DNA of 64,000 bases from Thalassobaculaceae bacterium (lineage in GTDB: Bacteria; Pseudomonadota; Alphaproteobacteria; Thalassobaculales; Thalassobaculaceae), in assembly GCA_965228875.1 (NCBI GenBank), contig OZ245843.1, positions 4,694,616 through 4,758,615 of the forward strand. The letters run 5' to 3'. Shown here piece after piece: positions 9,102-19,465 of this stretch; positions within the stretch are counted from its first letter, which is position 1, and each line of letters opens with the position of its first letter. The notes below the pieces were generated by a model. It made no database searches and was not told the origin of the DNA. It saw only the letters and a list, made by a program, of their open reading frames with translations. The position numbers were made by a program, and so were the translations under genes.

Positions 9102-10175
9102 ATGTCGCTGTTTGATCTCGCCCCGCCCCTGCTGCGCCGTCTCGACCCCGAAACCGCGCACCGTGTCACCGTACGCGCGCTCGCCGCGGGGCTCGGTCCC
9201 GTGGACCGCTCGCCGGCTCCGGCCGGATTGTCGCAGACGCTGATGGGGCTGACCTTTTCCCATCCGGTCTGCCTTGCCGCGGGCTTCGACAAGAGCGCCG
9301 AGTGCTGGCGCGCCCTGCTGCGCCTGGGCGTCGGCGCGGTCGAGGTCGGCACGGTCACCCCGCGCCCGCAGGCCGGCAACCCGCGCCCGCGTCTGTTCCG
9401 CCTGCCGGAGGATGCGGCGGTCATCAACCGCAACGGCTTCAACAACGAGGGCCTGGACGCGGCGGCCGGGCGGTTGCGACGCCACGACCCCCGGACCGGC
9501 ATCGTCGGCATCAATGTCGGTGCCAACAAGGACACGCCCGACCCGGTGGACGACTATCGCTTCGGCGTGCGGATGCTGGCGCCGCTGGCGGACTACGTGA
9601 CCGTCAACGTCTCGTCGCCGAACACGCCGGGTCTGCGCGACCTTCAGGGGGAGGGATCGCTCGGCCGGCTGCTGGAGGCGGTGATGACGGCCCGCGCCGA
9701 CGCCTGCGGCGCGGCCGGCCCCCCGGTGCTGCTGAAGATCGCGCCGGACCTGGCCGAGGGCCAGCTCGAGGCGATCGTCGAGACTGCCGTGCGGGCGGGT
9801 GTCGCAGGTCTGATTATCTCGAACACCACGGTCGCGCGGCCCGAGTCGCTGCGCGCGGCGGCGCGGGACGAGGCGGGCGGACTGTCCGGCCGACCGCTGT
9901 TCGCGCCTTCGACGCGCCTGCTCGCGCGGGCGCGCCTGCTGGCCGGAGATCGGCTGGTTCTGGTCGGTGTGGGCGGGGTGGAGAGCGGAGAGACCGCCTA
10001 CGCCAAGATCCGCGCCGGCGCGTCGCTCGTGCAGCTCTATTCGGCCCTGGTGTATAACGGTCCGGGACTGTTCCGGCGGATCCGCGACGATATCGCCGCG
10101 CGCATGGCGGCCGACGGACACACCTCGATCGCCGACGCCGTCGGGATCGACGCCGCCGCACTGGCCGAGGGGTGA
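9102..10175 (+). CDS. pyrD: Dihydroorotate dehydrogenase (quinone)
   Basis: [44 protein letters not shown]. Confidence 0.96.
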   Translation: MSLFDLAPPLLRRLDPETAHRVTVRALAAGLGPVDRSPAPAGLSQTLMGLTFSHPVCLAAGFDKSAECWRALLRLGVGAVEVGTVTPRPQAGNPRPRLFRLPEDAAVINRNGFNNEGLDAAAGRLRRHDPRTGIVGINVGANKDTPDPVDDYRFGVRMLAPLADYVTVNVSSPNTPGLRDLQGEGSLGRLLEAVMTARADACGAAGPPVLLKIAPDLAEGQLEAIVETAVRAGVAGLIISNTTVARPESLRAAARDEAGGLSGRPLFAPSTRLLARARLLAGDRLVLVGVGGVESGETAYAKIRAGASLVQLYSALVYNGPGLFRRIRDDIAARMAADGHTSIADAVGIDAAALAEG

Positions 10176-10191
10176 GCATGGGGAGCGGGTC

Positions 10192-11370
10192 ATAGTCGGT
10201 CACCTTTTGATCGCCCTGGTCTATCTCGTCGCCATCGGCGCCGCGGCCTGGGCGGCCGAGACCTATGCGCTGGCCTCGGGGCCGGTGGTGTTCGTTCTGC
10301 TCGCCGGAAGCGCCGTGTCGCTGCACGTGGCGGTCGCCGGGCGGCGGCGGGTCGGACTGACCGAGCGGCGGATGCGCGAACTGGTGCGCCGCGTCGCGCA
10401 CCTGCAGGAGGAGGCGGAGAATGCCCGCGCCGACCTGGAGGCGTTGCGCGCGCGGATGGACGATCTGCCCGATGCCGAGCGCCTGTCGGGCGAACTGAAG
10501 GTACTTCAGGGACTGCTCAAGCAGCTTGCCGAGCGCAAGGAGCAGGCCGGAACGCCGGCGGCCGCGATCCCCGCGCCGGCAGTGGCCGAGGCCGGCCATC
10601 GCGGCGCCAGCGTCGTTTCCATGGACGACGAGCATCTGCTCGAGGCGATCGAGGAGGCGCTCCGCGAGGAGGCGGTCGAACTCTATCTGCAGCCGGTGGT
10701 CAGCCTGCCGCAGCGCAAGCGCCGGTTCTACGAGTGCTTCTCGCGGATCGTGCTGCCCGACGGCTCGGTCATCACGCCGGAGCAGTACATTCCGGTGGCC
10801 GAGCGTGCCGGCCTGGTGGCGGCGATCGACAACCTGCTTCTGGTGCGTTGCGTCCAGTTGGTGCGCCGGGCCCGCCGGGACCATCTCGACGTCGGTTTCT
10901 TCTGCAACATCTCCAACGCGTCGCTGACCGACGTCGACTTCTTCCAGGACTTCATCGCCTTCATGGCCGAGAACCGGCAGCTTGCGGAGACCCTGATCTT
11001 CGAGTTCGACCTGGCCAGCATCTCCGCCGAGGACTACGTCACCCGCATGAATCTTCAGCGCTTGCGCGGCGTCGGCTACCGGTTCTCGGTCGACCAGGTC
11101 GCCGACCTGGACCTGGATCTGGCGGAACTGGCGCGCCAGGGCTTCCGCTACGTCAAGGTCAACGCCCACCTTCTGCACGAGATGGCCCGCGGCGACGACC
11201 CGGTGCTCGACATGCGCTCCTTCAAGGGCGCCCTCGATCGCCACGCCATGGACCTGATCGTCGAGAAGATCGAGAGCGAGGACATGCTGCTTGACCTTCT
11301 CGAACTGAAGGTCGATTTCGGGCAGGGATACCTGTTCGGCGAACCCCGCCCCCTCGTCGACAAGCAGTAA
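10192..11370 (+). CDS. Membrane-anchored degenerate EAL-domain protein (TipF-like); start uncertain
   Basis: Two N-terminal hydrophobic segments, a coiled coil, then LQPVVSLPQRKRRFYECFSR. DDFGTG is replaced by DQV and EGVE by EKIE. QGYLFGEP is present. Confidence 0.85.
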   Translation: MVGHLLIALVYLVAIGAAAWAAETYALASGPVVFVLLAGSAVSLHVAVAGRRRVGLTERRMRELVRRVAHLQEEAENARADLEALRARMDDLPDAERLSGELKVLQGLLKQLAERKEQAGTPAAAIPAPAVAEAGHRGASVVSMDDEHLLEAIEEALREEAVELYLQPVVSLPQRKRRFYECFSRIVLPDGSVITPEQYIPVAERAGLVAAIDNLLLVRCVQLVRRARRDHLDVGFFCNISNASLTDVDFFQDFIAFMAENRQLAETLIFEFDLASISAEDYVTRMNLQRLRGVGYRFSVDQVADLDLDLAELARQGFRYVKVNAHLLHEMARGDDPVLDMRSFKGALDRHAMDLIVEKIESEDMLLDLLELKVDFGQGYLFGEPRPLVDKQ

Positions 11371-11397
11371 CGATCAAACAACCGAGAGAGTGTTCTG

Positions 11398-12261
11398 ATG
11401 GCCGAGATCCTGGCCGACGGCGTTGCCGCCCTTGCCGACCGCTACGACGCGTGGATCCTCGACGTCTGGGGGACGATCTACGACGGCGGCTCCGTGTTCG
11501 ACGGCGCGCGGGTGGTCATGGAACGGCTGGCCGAGCGCGGGATACCGGTCGCCGTGCTGTCCAACTCGCCGCGGCAGCCCTCCATCGTGCAGGACCGTCT
11601 CACCAGCCTCGGCCTGGACCAGAGCCTCTACAGCACAATCATCACTTCCGGCGGCGAGACTCGGCGTCATCTGTTGGAGGGAGCCGACGCGTTCCACGCT
11701 GAACTCGGCACCCGGGTCTACACCTTCGCACCGGAGCGCTTCGGCGACATCCTTCCGGGTACCCGCTTCACCCTGGTCGACGGGATCGACGAGGCCGACT
11801 GGATCCTCAATGCCGGCCTGGCGCGGGAGTTCGACCCGGTCGACCTGTACGAGGACCGGCTGGCGGCGGGCGCCGCGCGCGGACTGGCGATGATCTGCGC
11901 CAACCCGGACCATGCGGTCTATGAACTCGGCCGCCTGAAACTCCATGCCGGGTCGCTGGCGGCGCGCTACGAGGCGCTCGGCGGCCGGGTGCGCTATCAC
12001 GGCAAGCCGCACGCCCCCGTGTTCCATCGCGTCGCCCAGGTGCTCGACAGACCGCGCGACCGTCTGCTCATGGTCGGAGACAACCGCGACACCGACGTCG
12101 CGGGCGCCGCCGCCGCCGGGATCGCGTCGCTGCTGCTGGCCGACGGAATCCACCACGAGCGGCTGTTGTCGGGTGCCGAACTCGACCGCGCGGCGCTTGA
12201 CGCGTTCCTGGCGCAGCCGGGCCCGATGCCGACACACGTGGCGGCCCGCCTGTCTTGGTGA
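11398..12261 (+). CDS. HAD-superfamily class IIA hydrolase
   Basis: ILDVWGT, LSNSPR, CANPD, HGKPH, MVGDNRDTDVAGA. Confidence 0.92.
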   Translation: MAEILADGVAALADRYDAWILDVWGTIYDGGSVFDGARVVMERLAERGIPVAVLSNSPRQPSIVQDRLTSLGLDQSLYSTIITSGGETRRHLLEGADAFHAELGTRVYTFAPERFGDILPGTRFTLVDGIDEADWILNAGLAREFDPVDLYEDRLAAGAARGLAMICANPDHAVYELGRLKLHAGSLAARYEALGGRVRYHGKPHAPVFHRVAQVLDRPRDRLLMVGDNRDTDVAGAAAAGIASLLLADGIHHERLLSGAELDRAALDAFLAQPGPMPTHVAARLSW

Positions 12262-12267
12262 TGCCGT

Positions 12268-12741
12268 TCAGTCGCGACCGGACGCGACGTTCTGCTCGTC
12301 CTCGAAGCGCTCCAGCACGGCGTCCAGCAGGACCGGCACACCGTCGGGGAGGGCGGCGGGCAGGGTGGTGGGCAGGGCGGCGGGCGCGGCCGGCGATACC
12401 GCCGCACCATGCGCGGCCGAGGCTTCCAACCGTTCCGCCGCATGCCGGAAATAGGTCAGCAGAAACACCCTGAGGGCGGATGACAGCGATGACTCGACGC
12501 GTCGCCGGTCGACCGCGGTGCACAGCTGATCCAGGCCGATCTCCTCGCGCCGGCAGATGTCGGTGAGACCGTCCCAAACCTGATCTTCCAGGCTGACGCT
12601 GGTTCGGCGGGAACCGAGGGTGACGTTTCTTCGTTGCCGGTTCCGACTCTTCTCCTGCTTCACGTCCTTCGTCTCTTTTCTGGTCTCGGAAAACGTGGGG
12701 GTCGCGCGATGCCAGGGCGCATCGTCGCTCTGAGAGTGCAT
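12268..12741 (-). CDS. Ribbon-helix-helix (RHH_4-type) protein; start uncertain
   Basis: RNVTLGSRRTSVSLEDQVWDGLTDIC...LSSALRVFLL signature. Confidence 0.8.
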   Translation of the reverse strand: MHSQSDDAPWHRATPTFSETRKETKDVKQEKSRNRQRRNVTLGSRRTSVSLEDQVWDGLTDICRREEIGLDQLCTAVDRRRVESSLSSALRVFLLTYFRHAAERLEASAAHGAAVSPAAPAALPTTLPAALPDGVPVLLDAVLERFEDEQNVASGRD

Positions 12742-13041
12742 CGAGTCCGTCGGTCTGCTCCTGCTATGGAAGGATTGGCCCAATAAGCCGACATCAGGTT
12801 GGCTTGCACACAATCGCATGCATTATGGGCACGATTGCATGTGTGCCACTTGAGGTGCAATCCTAATATGAATATACGCGCGATAGGAGTTGCGTTCTTC
12901 CCTCCGGGCGACCTTGACGCGCGGGTCCCGCTCCTTGAGGGGTGCTTGCCGTGCGGCGGGCTTTCGCGTATCGTCGCAACAGATTGAAATTCATTGGAAA
13001 ACCCGCCGGCGCCCTGTCCGGCACGACCGTGAGGCACGCAG

Positions 13042-13554
13042 ATGGCCGGTGAGATGGACGCCCAACTGGACAAGGTCGGCTGGCAGCTTCTTCGGGTTCT
13101 CCAGGAAGATGCGCGTCTGTCCTACAGCGAGCTCGGGCGCCGGGTGGGCCTGTCGTCCCCGGCGATCGCCGAGCGTGTGCGCCGGATGGAGGATACCGGG
13201 GTCATCACCGGCTACAGGGCGATGGTCGATCCCTCCAAGCTCGGCTACCCGACCACTGCTTTCGTGCACCTGAAGACCATCGGGGAGAACCACGGCCGGA
13301 TCGCGACGGTGGCGCACACGCTATCCGAAGTGCAGGAGTGCCATCACATCACCGGCCAGGACAGCTACATGATCAAGGTCATCGTCTCGTCGATGACCCA
13401 CCTGGAGCATGTGATCGCCCAGTTGCGGACCTATGGCGAGACCACCACGTCGATCGTCCTGTCGTCGCCGGTGAAGTCGAAGATGGTGCTGGCGGGGCCG
13501 AGTGTGCGGACCGGCCCGATGCTGCCGCCCATGGCGTACGAGCAGGCCGGGTGA
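13042..13554 (+). CDS. Lrp/AsnC family transcriptional regulator
   Basis: LDKVGWQLLRVLQEDARLSYSELGRRVGLSSPAIAERVRRME HTH and ECHHITG. Confidence 0.95.
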   Translation: MAGEMDAQLDKVGWQLLRVLQEDARLSYSELGRRVGLSSPAIAERVRRMEDTGVITGYRAMVDPSKLGYPTTAFVHLKTIGENHGRIATVAHTLSEVQECHHITGQDSYMIKVIVSSMTHLEHVIAQLRTYGETTTSIVLSSPVKSKMVLAGPSVRTGPMLPPMAYEQAG

Positions 13555-13582
13555 TTCCCGACGCGCGGGACGCTCTCGCCGC

Positions 13583-13611
13583 TTGACGCCCGGGCCTCCC
13601 TCACGTATATC
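13583..13611 (+). promoter_or_regulatory. Putative sigma70 promoter of rpmB
   Basis: TTGACG-17 nt-TATATC. Confidence 0.6.
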
Positions 13612-13712
13612 CGCCGCCTCGCGTCGCCTTGTCGGGCGACGCCGCCGTTTTACGTCGGCCGATCGCACCGGGTAGTCGGGGCGGGGCCAGAAAAGAAGTC
13701 GAGGAACGTGTC

Positions 13713-14006
13713 ATGGCCCGTCGCTGCGATCTTACTGGCAAAGGTGTGCTGACCGGCAACAACGTCAGCCACGCGAACAACCGCACCCGCCGGCGGTTCC
13801 TGCCGAACATCCAGGAAACCTCGCTGCTGTCCGATGCGCTGGGCGAGATGATCCGCCTGAAGCTGTCGACCGGCGCGCTGCGCACCGTCGAGCACCGCGG
13901 CGGGCTGGACGCCTTCCTGAAGGCGGCCCGGGCGTCCGAGCTGTCGCCGGTGGCGCGTCGCCTCAAGAAGCGGATCCTGGCGGCCGAGGCCAAGGCCGCC
14001 GCCTGA
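13713..14006 (+). CDS. rpmB: 50S ribosomal protein L28
   Basis: [32 protein letters not shown], with GAGG RBS. Confidence 0.97.
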   Translation: MARRCDLTGKGVLTGNNVSHANNRTRRRFLPNIQETSLLSDALGEMIRLKLSTGALRTVEHRGGLDAFLKAARASELSPVARRLKKRILAAEAKAAA

Positions 14007-14031
14007 CCGATCCCACCAGTACCGTCTAGCG

Positions 14032-14057
14032 CGCCCGCCCGTCCCGGCGGGCGTTTT
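14032..14057 (+). terminator. Rho-independent terminator after rpmB
   Basis: cgcccgcc-cgtccc-ggcgggcg followed by tttt. Confidence 0.75.
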
Positions 14058-14131
14058 CGTGTGCGGTCGCCAGGCCGCGCCGTGAGGGTTATGCTCGCGC
14101 CGAGCACCGTCGCCGAACCGGGAGACCGACC

Positions 14132-14785
14132 ATGAAGACCGATCCCGCCTTTCCCAATCTGTTCGTCGTCGATCATCCGCTGGTTCAGCACAAGCTGACC
14201 ATCATGCGCGAGAAGGACACCTCGACCTCGAAGTTCCGGGTCCTGCTCAAGGAGATTGCGCTGTTCCTCGGCTACGAGGTGACCCGGACACTGGAGACGA
14301 CGACCCGCGAGATCGAGACGCCGGTCGCGCCGATGTCGGCGCCCACGCTGGCGGAGCCGCGGGTGGTGATGGTCGGCGTGCTGCGGGCCGGTCTCGGGAT
14401 GGTCGACGGTCTGCGCGAACTGCTCCCGACCGCCTATGAAGGGCATGTCGGCCTGTACCGCGACCCGGTGACCAAGAAGCCGGTCGAGTACCTGGTGAAA
14501 CTGCCGGCGGCGGAGGAGAGGGTGTTCGTGCTCGTGGATCCGATGCTCGCGACCGGCAACTCAGCGAGCCATGCCGCCGACGTGCTGAACAAGCACGGTG
14601 TCCCGGACAGCCGCATCCGCTTCATGGCGCTGGTCGCGGCGCCGGAAGGCGTGCGCCAGTTCCACAAGGACCATCCGGACATCCCGATCTATGTGGCGGC
14701 CCTGGACGACAGGCTGAACGAGAAGGCCTACATCGTTCCGGGTCTCGGCGATGCCGGAGACCGTCTGTTCGGCACGACGGACTGA
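14132..14785 (+). CDS. upp: Uracil phosphoribosyltransferase
   Basis: [41 protein letters not shown]. Confidence 0.97.
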   Translation: MKTDPAFPNLFVVDHPLVQHKLTIMREKDTSTSKFRVLLKEIALFLGYEVTRTLETTTREIETPVAPMSAPTLAEPRVVMVGVLRAGLGMVDGLRELLPTAYEGHVGLYRDPVTKKPVEYLVKLPAAEERVFVLVDPMLATGNSASHAADVLNKHGVPDSRIRFMALVAAPEGVRQFHKDHPDIPIYVAALDDRLNEKAYIVPGLGDAGDRLFGTTD

Positions 14786-14818
14786 GCAGAACGGCGGACT
14801 GAGCGGAACGGCGGCGCC

Positions 14819-15574
14819 TCAGACCAGTCCACCGTTGACGTGGATCAGTTGCCCGGTGACGTAGCCGGCCTCCGGTGACAGCAGGAAGGCGATGACCGCC
14901 GCCACCTCGTCCGAGGTTCCGAGCCGGCCCATGGGAATCTGAGACGTGACCCTGGCCGCCAGTTCCGGCGTCACCGCGCGACTCGTTCCTTCGTCCTTCT
15001 GAATGAATCCCGGCACCACGGCATTCGCCGTGATCCCGTCGCCGGCCAGCTCGAAGGCGAGCGACCGGACATGGGTCTCCAGCGCCGCCTTGGCGGCCGA
15101 GGTGGCGGGGAACGTCATCACGCCGGGCCGGTAGACGTGTGGCCCGAAGGCGGAGACCGCGACCACCCGTCCGCAGGCGCTGGCCCGGAGATGCGGCGCC
15201 GCCGACTGAGCCAGCAGCGCGAAGCCGCGGGCGATGGCGTCGACCGGATGTTCGAGTTCCTCGCGGGTCGACTCGAGCAGCGGGATCTTCTTCGCCCAGC
15301 CGGCATTGGCGACCAGTGCATCCAGACCGCCGAAGGCTTCGCCCGCGCGCGCGACCAGGGCGGCGGGCAGGTCCGGGTCGGCCAGATCGCCGAGCATCGT
15401 CTCGACGGACGCCCCCCGGTCCCGCAGTTCGCCGGCGACCCGGTCCAGCTTCTCGGCGCTGGCGCGGGTATGCAGAACGAAGGCGGCGTCGGGAGCGGCC
15501 AGTCGGCGGGCGGTGGCGGCGCCGATGCCGGAGGCGGCACCGGTGATCAGAATGCGGCGGGTCGTTTCGGGCAT
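14819..15574 (-). CDS. SDR family oxidoreductase
   Basis: ITGAASGIG, NAG, VTGQLIHVNGG. The catalytic YxxxK appears as TSAAK. Confidence 0.9.
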   Translation of the reverse strand: MPETTRRILITGAASGIGAATARRLAAPDAAFVLHTRASAEKLDRVAGELRDRGASVETMLGDLADPDLPAALVARAGEAFGGLDALVANAGWAKKIPLLESTREELEHPVDAIARGFALLAQSAAPHLRASACGRVVAVSAFGPHVYRPGVMTFPATSAAKAALETHVRSLAFELAGDGITANAVVPGFIQKDEGTSRAVTPELAARVTSQIPMGRLGTSDEVAAVIAFLLSPEAGYVTGQLIHVNGGLV

Positions 15575-15589
15575 CGGCGGATCCTTTCG

Positions 15590-16369
15590 TCAGCCGAAAG
15601 CATAGGCGTCCATCGCCAGCACCGAGAAGGTGGTACTTGCATGCAGCCGCCGGCCTTTGCCGCCACCGCCGCCCAGGGCGGCGAACAACGGCAGCAGATG
15701 CTCCTCCGTCGGATGGTTGCGGACCGCGTACGGGGCCCGCTCGCGGTAGTGCAGGAGGTCGTCATGGCGGCCGTCCTCGATGGCGGCTGCCGTCCAGTCG
15801 ACGAAGGCTTCGACCCAGTCGGGCGCGTCGATTTCGGTCCCGCCGTCACGCCGAAGTTCGCCGAGATTGTGGGTGAACGCACCGGATCCCAGGATCAGCA
15901 CACCGTCGTCGCGCAGCGGAGCCAGCGCGGTGCCGAGGCGGCGATGGTGCTCCGGCCCGCCGTCAGGGTCGACCGAAACGGCGACCACCGGGATTTCGGC
16001 GTCGGGGTACATCAGCATCAGTGGGACCCAGGTGCCGTGATCGAGGCCCCAAGCCTCGTCGCCGGCCGCATCCAGGCCGGCCGATCGCAGCCGGGCGACG
16101 ATGTCGGCCGCAAGTCGCGGATCGCCCGGCGCGTCGTAGCGCATCTCGTAGAGCGCTCGCGGAAAGCCGTGGAAGTCGTGGATGACGCGTGGGCGGGCGC
16201 TGGTGTTCACCCGAACGCCTCGGCTTTCGTAATGGGCACTGACGGCGACGATGGCGCGCGGGCGGGGCAACCCGGTCCCCAGTCCGCGCAGGAAGTCGCG
16301 CGCCGGCACGTCGTCCAGCACCAGGGTCGGCGATCCATGGCTGACGAAGATCGCGGGCATCTCGGTCAT
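15590..16369 (-). CDS. DODA/YgiD-type extradiol ring-cleavage dioxygenase (LigB family)
   Basis: FVSHGSP, SAH, IHDFHGFP, GLDHGTW, GSGAFTHNL, HPTEEHLLPL, with AAGGAG RBS. Confidence 0.93.
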   Translation of the reverse strand: MTEMPAIFVSHGSPTLVLDDVPARDFLRGLGTGLPRPRAIVAVSAHYESRGVRVNTSARPRVIHDFHGFPRALYEMRYDAPGDPRLAADIVARLRSAGLDAAGDEAWGLDHGTWVPLMLMYPDAEIPVVAVSVDPDGGPEHHRRLGTALAPLRDDGVLILGSGAFTHNLGELRRDGGTEIDAPDWVEAFVDWTAAAIEDGRHDDLLHYRERAPYAVRNHPTEEHLLPLFAALGGGGGKGRRLHASTTFSVLAMDAYAFG

Positions 16370-16452
16370 CGGTGTCTCCTTGCCAACGAGAAGGGACCCG
16401 ACCTTGGATCGGCCGGGCCCCGACGGTTGCGGTTGTCCGGTGGCCTGGCGGC

Positions 16453-16893
16453 TCAGGTGGCGGAGGTTCTGAGCGCCGACGGGATCGGCAGCTTCAGGGC
16501 GAAGGCACCGTCGCCGAGGCCGGCCTGAACGAACAGCAGCGCGGTCCACATGGCCGGGAACTCCCAGCCGCCGCCCTCGTTGCCGAACATCCATCCGTTG
16601 CCGGCGTGCTGGATCAGAGCGCCGATCAAGATCGGAACGAGCAGCAGCGAGACCAGGCGGGTGTAGGCGCCGGCGATCAGAGCCAGGCCGCCGCCCAGTT
16701 CGGCCAGGATGACGAGGTAGGCGAAGAAACCGGGATAACCGATGCTCTCGAAGAAGGCGACGGTGCCGGGAATGGTGAAGACGAAGACCTTCAGGCCCGC
16801 ATGTGCCAGAAAGGCGATACCCATGGTGACGCGCAGAATCAGTGCGGCATAGGGAGCGGTCCGGGTGTCGATGCCGGTGGTCGTGTCGTACAT
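16453..16893 (-). CDS. DoxX family membrane protein
   Basis: LRVTMGIAFLAHAGLK, ELGGGLAL, GGGWEFP. Confidence 0.92.
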   Translation of the reverse strand: MYDTTTGIDTRTAPYAALILRVTMGIAFLAHAGLKVFVFTIPGTVAFFESIGYPGFFAYLVILAELGGGLALIAGAYTRLVSLLLVPILIGALIQHAGNGWMFGNEGGGWEFPAMWTALLFVQAGLGDGAFALKLPIPSALRTSAT

Positions 16894-17029
16894 GATGCCC
16901 TCCATCTGTGGATCGGTGGCCCCTGTCTCGACAGCGGACGTCCACCGTGTTGCGTGGGGCAGAGATACGGCGGCCATGCCGGAAAATAATTGGCGGGAAA
17001 TGAAAATTATTGTCTCATAGGAATTGACA

Positions 17030-17953
17030 ATGGACCGGCTTGCCCACATCGCGACCTTCGTCGCCGTCGCCGAGGCGGAGAGCTTCTCGGCTGCCGCCGA
17101 CCGGCTCGACCTGTCGCGCGCCATGGCCAGCAAGCATGTCCAGGCGCTGGAGGATCGGCTCGGGGTCAAGCTGCTGGAGCGGACCACGCGGCGGGTCCGG
17201 CTGAGCGATGCCGGACGGCGCTATCTGGAGCGGGCGCGGCGACTGCTGCACGATTTCGACGTGGCCGACACCGAGGCGCGGGGCGAACGGCTGGCGCCGG
17301 CCGGCCTGCTGCGGATCAACGGGCCTGTCTCGTTCTCGCGGGGGCACCTCGCCGCGGCGATCGCCCCGTTCCTGACCCGGTTTCCGGAACTGTCCGTCGA
17401 CCTGACCGTGAACGACCGCATCGTCGATCTGCTGGAGGAGGGGTACGACGTCGCCGTGCGGATCGGCCGGCTGACCGACTCAACCCTGGTGGCGCGCCGG
17501 CTGGCGCCGGTGCGGCTGCACCTCGCCGCCGCTCCCGGCTATCTCGACCTGCGTGGCCGACCGCAGCACCCCTCGGATCTGGTCGATCATGCCTGCCTCG
17601 CCTACGCCTATGCCTCGGAGGGCATGTCCTGGCGGCTCACCGACCGGGCGGGCCAGACGGTCGTCGTGCGGCCGCGAGGGCCGATGTCGGCGAACAACGG
17701 GGAGATCCTCACCGAGGCGGCGATCGCCGGGGCGGGGATCGTCCAGCAGCCGGACTTCGTGCTTGGCCGGCACTTCGCCGCCGGCACCCTGGTGCGCGTG
17801 CTGCCGGACTGGCAGGCGCCGGACCTCGCGGTGCATACCGTGCACCACCAGAGCCGGCACGTATCCGCCAAGATCCGGGTGTTCATCGACTACCTCGCCG
17901 AGATCTGGCGGGTGCCGCCCTGGCGCATCGACGACGGGGTGGACGGCCGGTAG
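17030..17953 (+). CDS. LysR family transcriptional regulator (CrgA-like), divergent from doxX
   Basis: FVAVAEAESFSAAADRL...LEDRLGVKLLERTTR and DLLEEGYDVAVRIG. Confidence 0.95.
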   Translation: MDRLAHIATFVAVAEAESFSAAADRLDLSRAMASKHVQALEDRLGVKLLERTTRRVRLSDAGRRYLERARRLLHDFDVADTEARGERLAPAGLLRINGPVSFSRGHLAAAIAPFLTRFPELSVDLTVNDRIVDLLEEGYDVAVRIGRLTDSTLVARRLAPVRLHLAAAPGYLDLRGRPQHPSDLVDHACLAYAYASEGMSWRLTDRAGQTVVVRPRGPMSANNGEILTEAAIAGAGIVQQPDFVLGRHFAAGTLVRVLPDWQAPDLAVHTVHHQSRHVSAKIRVFIDYLAEIWRVPPWRIDDGVDGR

Positions 17954-17996
17954 ACTGCGCGGAAAACGACCGGTACCAACAAAGGGGAGGCCCGCC

Positions 17997-18785
17997 ATGT
18001 CCGTCACCGCCCTGTCCGCGTCCCGCGCCCGGGACTCCCTGTCCGAGGCCGAGTGGACGCTGCGCGTCGAACTCGCGTGCTGTTACCGGCTGGTCGAGCA
18101 TTTCGGCATGGCCGATCTCGTCTACAACCACATCACCGCCCGACTGCCCTACGAGGTGGACGGTAAGGAGGTGTTCCTGATCAATGGGTTCGGCCGCCAC
18201 TACACGGAGATCACTGCCTCCAACCTGATCCGAGTCGACATCGACGGGACCGCGCTGGATGCGGACGAGTATCCGGTCAACGGTCCGGGCTACGTCATCC
18301 ACTCGGCGATCCACCACGCCCGCGAGGACGTCGCCTGCATCATCCACACCCACAGCCGGGCCGGGTGTGCCGTGGCGTCGACCGAGGCGGGCCTGATCCC
18401 GCTGGATCAACAGTCGCTGCAGTTCCACGAGCGGGTCGCCTATCACGAACTGGAAGGCATCGCGACGGATGTTAGCGAGCGCGAGCGACTGGTCGGCGAC
18501 CTCGGCGAGAAGAACGTGATGATCCTGCGCAACCACGGTCTTCTGACCTGCGGCCGCTCGGTCGGCGAGGCGTTCCGCCGGATCTACTACTTGGAGCGTG
18601 CCTGCCGCCTGCAGATGGACGTGATGTCGATGGGTCTGAAGCCGGCGATGCCGTCCCAGGCGGTCGCCGAGCGGACCGCGCGGCAGTGGGACGAGGGTAC
18701 GGCCAACAACGGCACGATCGACCCGATCGAATGGCCGGCCCTGGTCCGCATGATGGAGCGCAAGGATCCGAGCTTCGCAAGCTGA
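17997..18785 (+). CDS. Class II aldolase/adducin family protein
   Basis: NHITAR, EITASNLI, IHSAIH, HTHS, LRNHGLL, with GGGGAGG RBS. Confidence 0.93.
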   Translation: MSVTALSASRARDSLSEAEWTLRVELACCYRLVEHFGMADLVYNHITARLPYEVDGKEVFLINGFGRHYTEITASNLIRVDIDGTALDADEYPVNGPGYVIHSAIHHAREDVACIIHTHSRAGCAVASTEAGLIPLDQQSLQFHERVAYHELEGIATDVSERERLVGDLGEKNVMILRNHGLLTCGRSVGEAFRRIYYLERACRLQMDVMSMGLKPAMPSQAVAERTARQWDEGTANNGTIDPIEWPALVRMMERKDPSFAS

Positions 18786-18839
18786 GGGCGTTCCGTGGCG
18801 GTCGCCGGAAGATCCGCCGACCACCACGGATCCGGTTCG

Positions 18840-19451
18840 TCAGCGCTTCCAGGTCGGTCGGGCCCGCACCGCGGCCTCCCAGCGCCTCACGTTGGCGAGG
18901 CCCTCGGGTATCGCGTACTCGAACATGTCGCTGACATGCAGTGCGGCCATGCCGGTGATGTCGGCGATCGAGAAGCGGTCGTTGCTCACGAAGGTTCGGC
19001 CGTCGGCGAGTTCCCGATCGAGCCACGTCCACTTCTCCGCCTGGAGCCTGACCTGGGTTTCGGCATAGGCCGGAACCTGCTCGATCTTGTCGGCGAAGAA
19101 CGGGTGCGTGTGCTGGGTGGACTGGGCGATGGGGGCGAGGATCTGCTGTTCCATGCGCCGGTTCCACATCTCGATCCGGGCGGCCTCCAGCGGCGTGGCA
19201 CCCATCAGTCGCGGCTCCGGATGGCGGTCCTCGAAGTAGCGGCAGATCGCCACGCTCTCCGTGACCAGCGTGCCGTCGTCGAGTTCCAGGACCGGCACCT
19301 CGCCCAGTGAATTCTTGGACAGGAAGGGCTCGCGCCGGGTCGCCCCCGCCATAAGGTCGACGTCCTCCAGAGGAACCTCGACGCCCTTCTCGGCGAGGAA
19401 CACAGCGACGCGCAGGGCGTTCGGCGCCATCGGGTGCGAATAGATTTTCAT
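18840..19451 (-). CDS. Glutathione S-transferase family protein
   Basis: APNALRV, VPVLELDDG, ESVAICRY, FSIADIT. Confidence 0.93.
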   Translation of the reverse strand: MKIYSHPMAPNALRVAVFLAEKGVEVPLEDVDLMAGATRREPFLSKNSLGEVPVLELDDGTLVTESVAICRYFEDRHPEPRLMGATPLEAARIEMWNRRMEQQILAPIAQSTQHTHPFFADKIEQVPAYAETQVRLQAEKWTWLDRELADGRTFVSNDRFSIADITGMAALHVSDMFEYAIPEGLANVRRWEAAVRARPTWKR

Positions 19452-19465
19452 GGTCGATCTCCAAA

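Noticed and set aside
7406..9535. 709-aa ORF suggesting a large fusion
   Set aside because: Only 7406..8086 is DUF1028. The rest is an off-frame read through the aminotransferase and antisense pyrD.
14778..14811. 17-bp tandem repeat spanning the upp stop codon
   Set aside because: Only two copies with no spacer. Likely slippage, not CRISPR or an att site.
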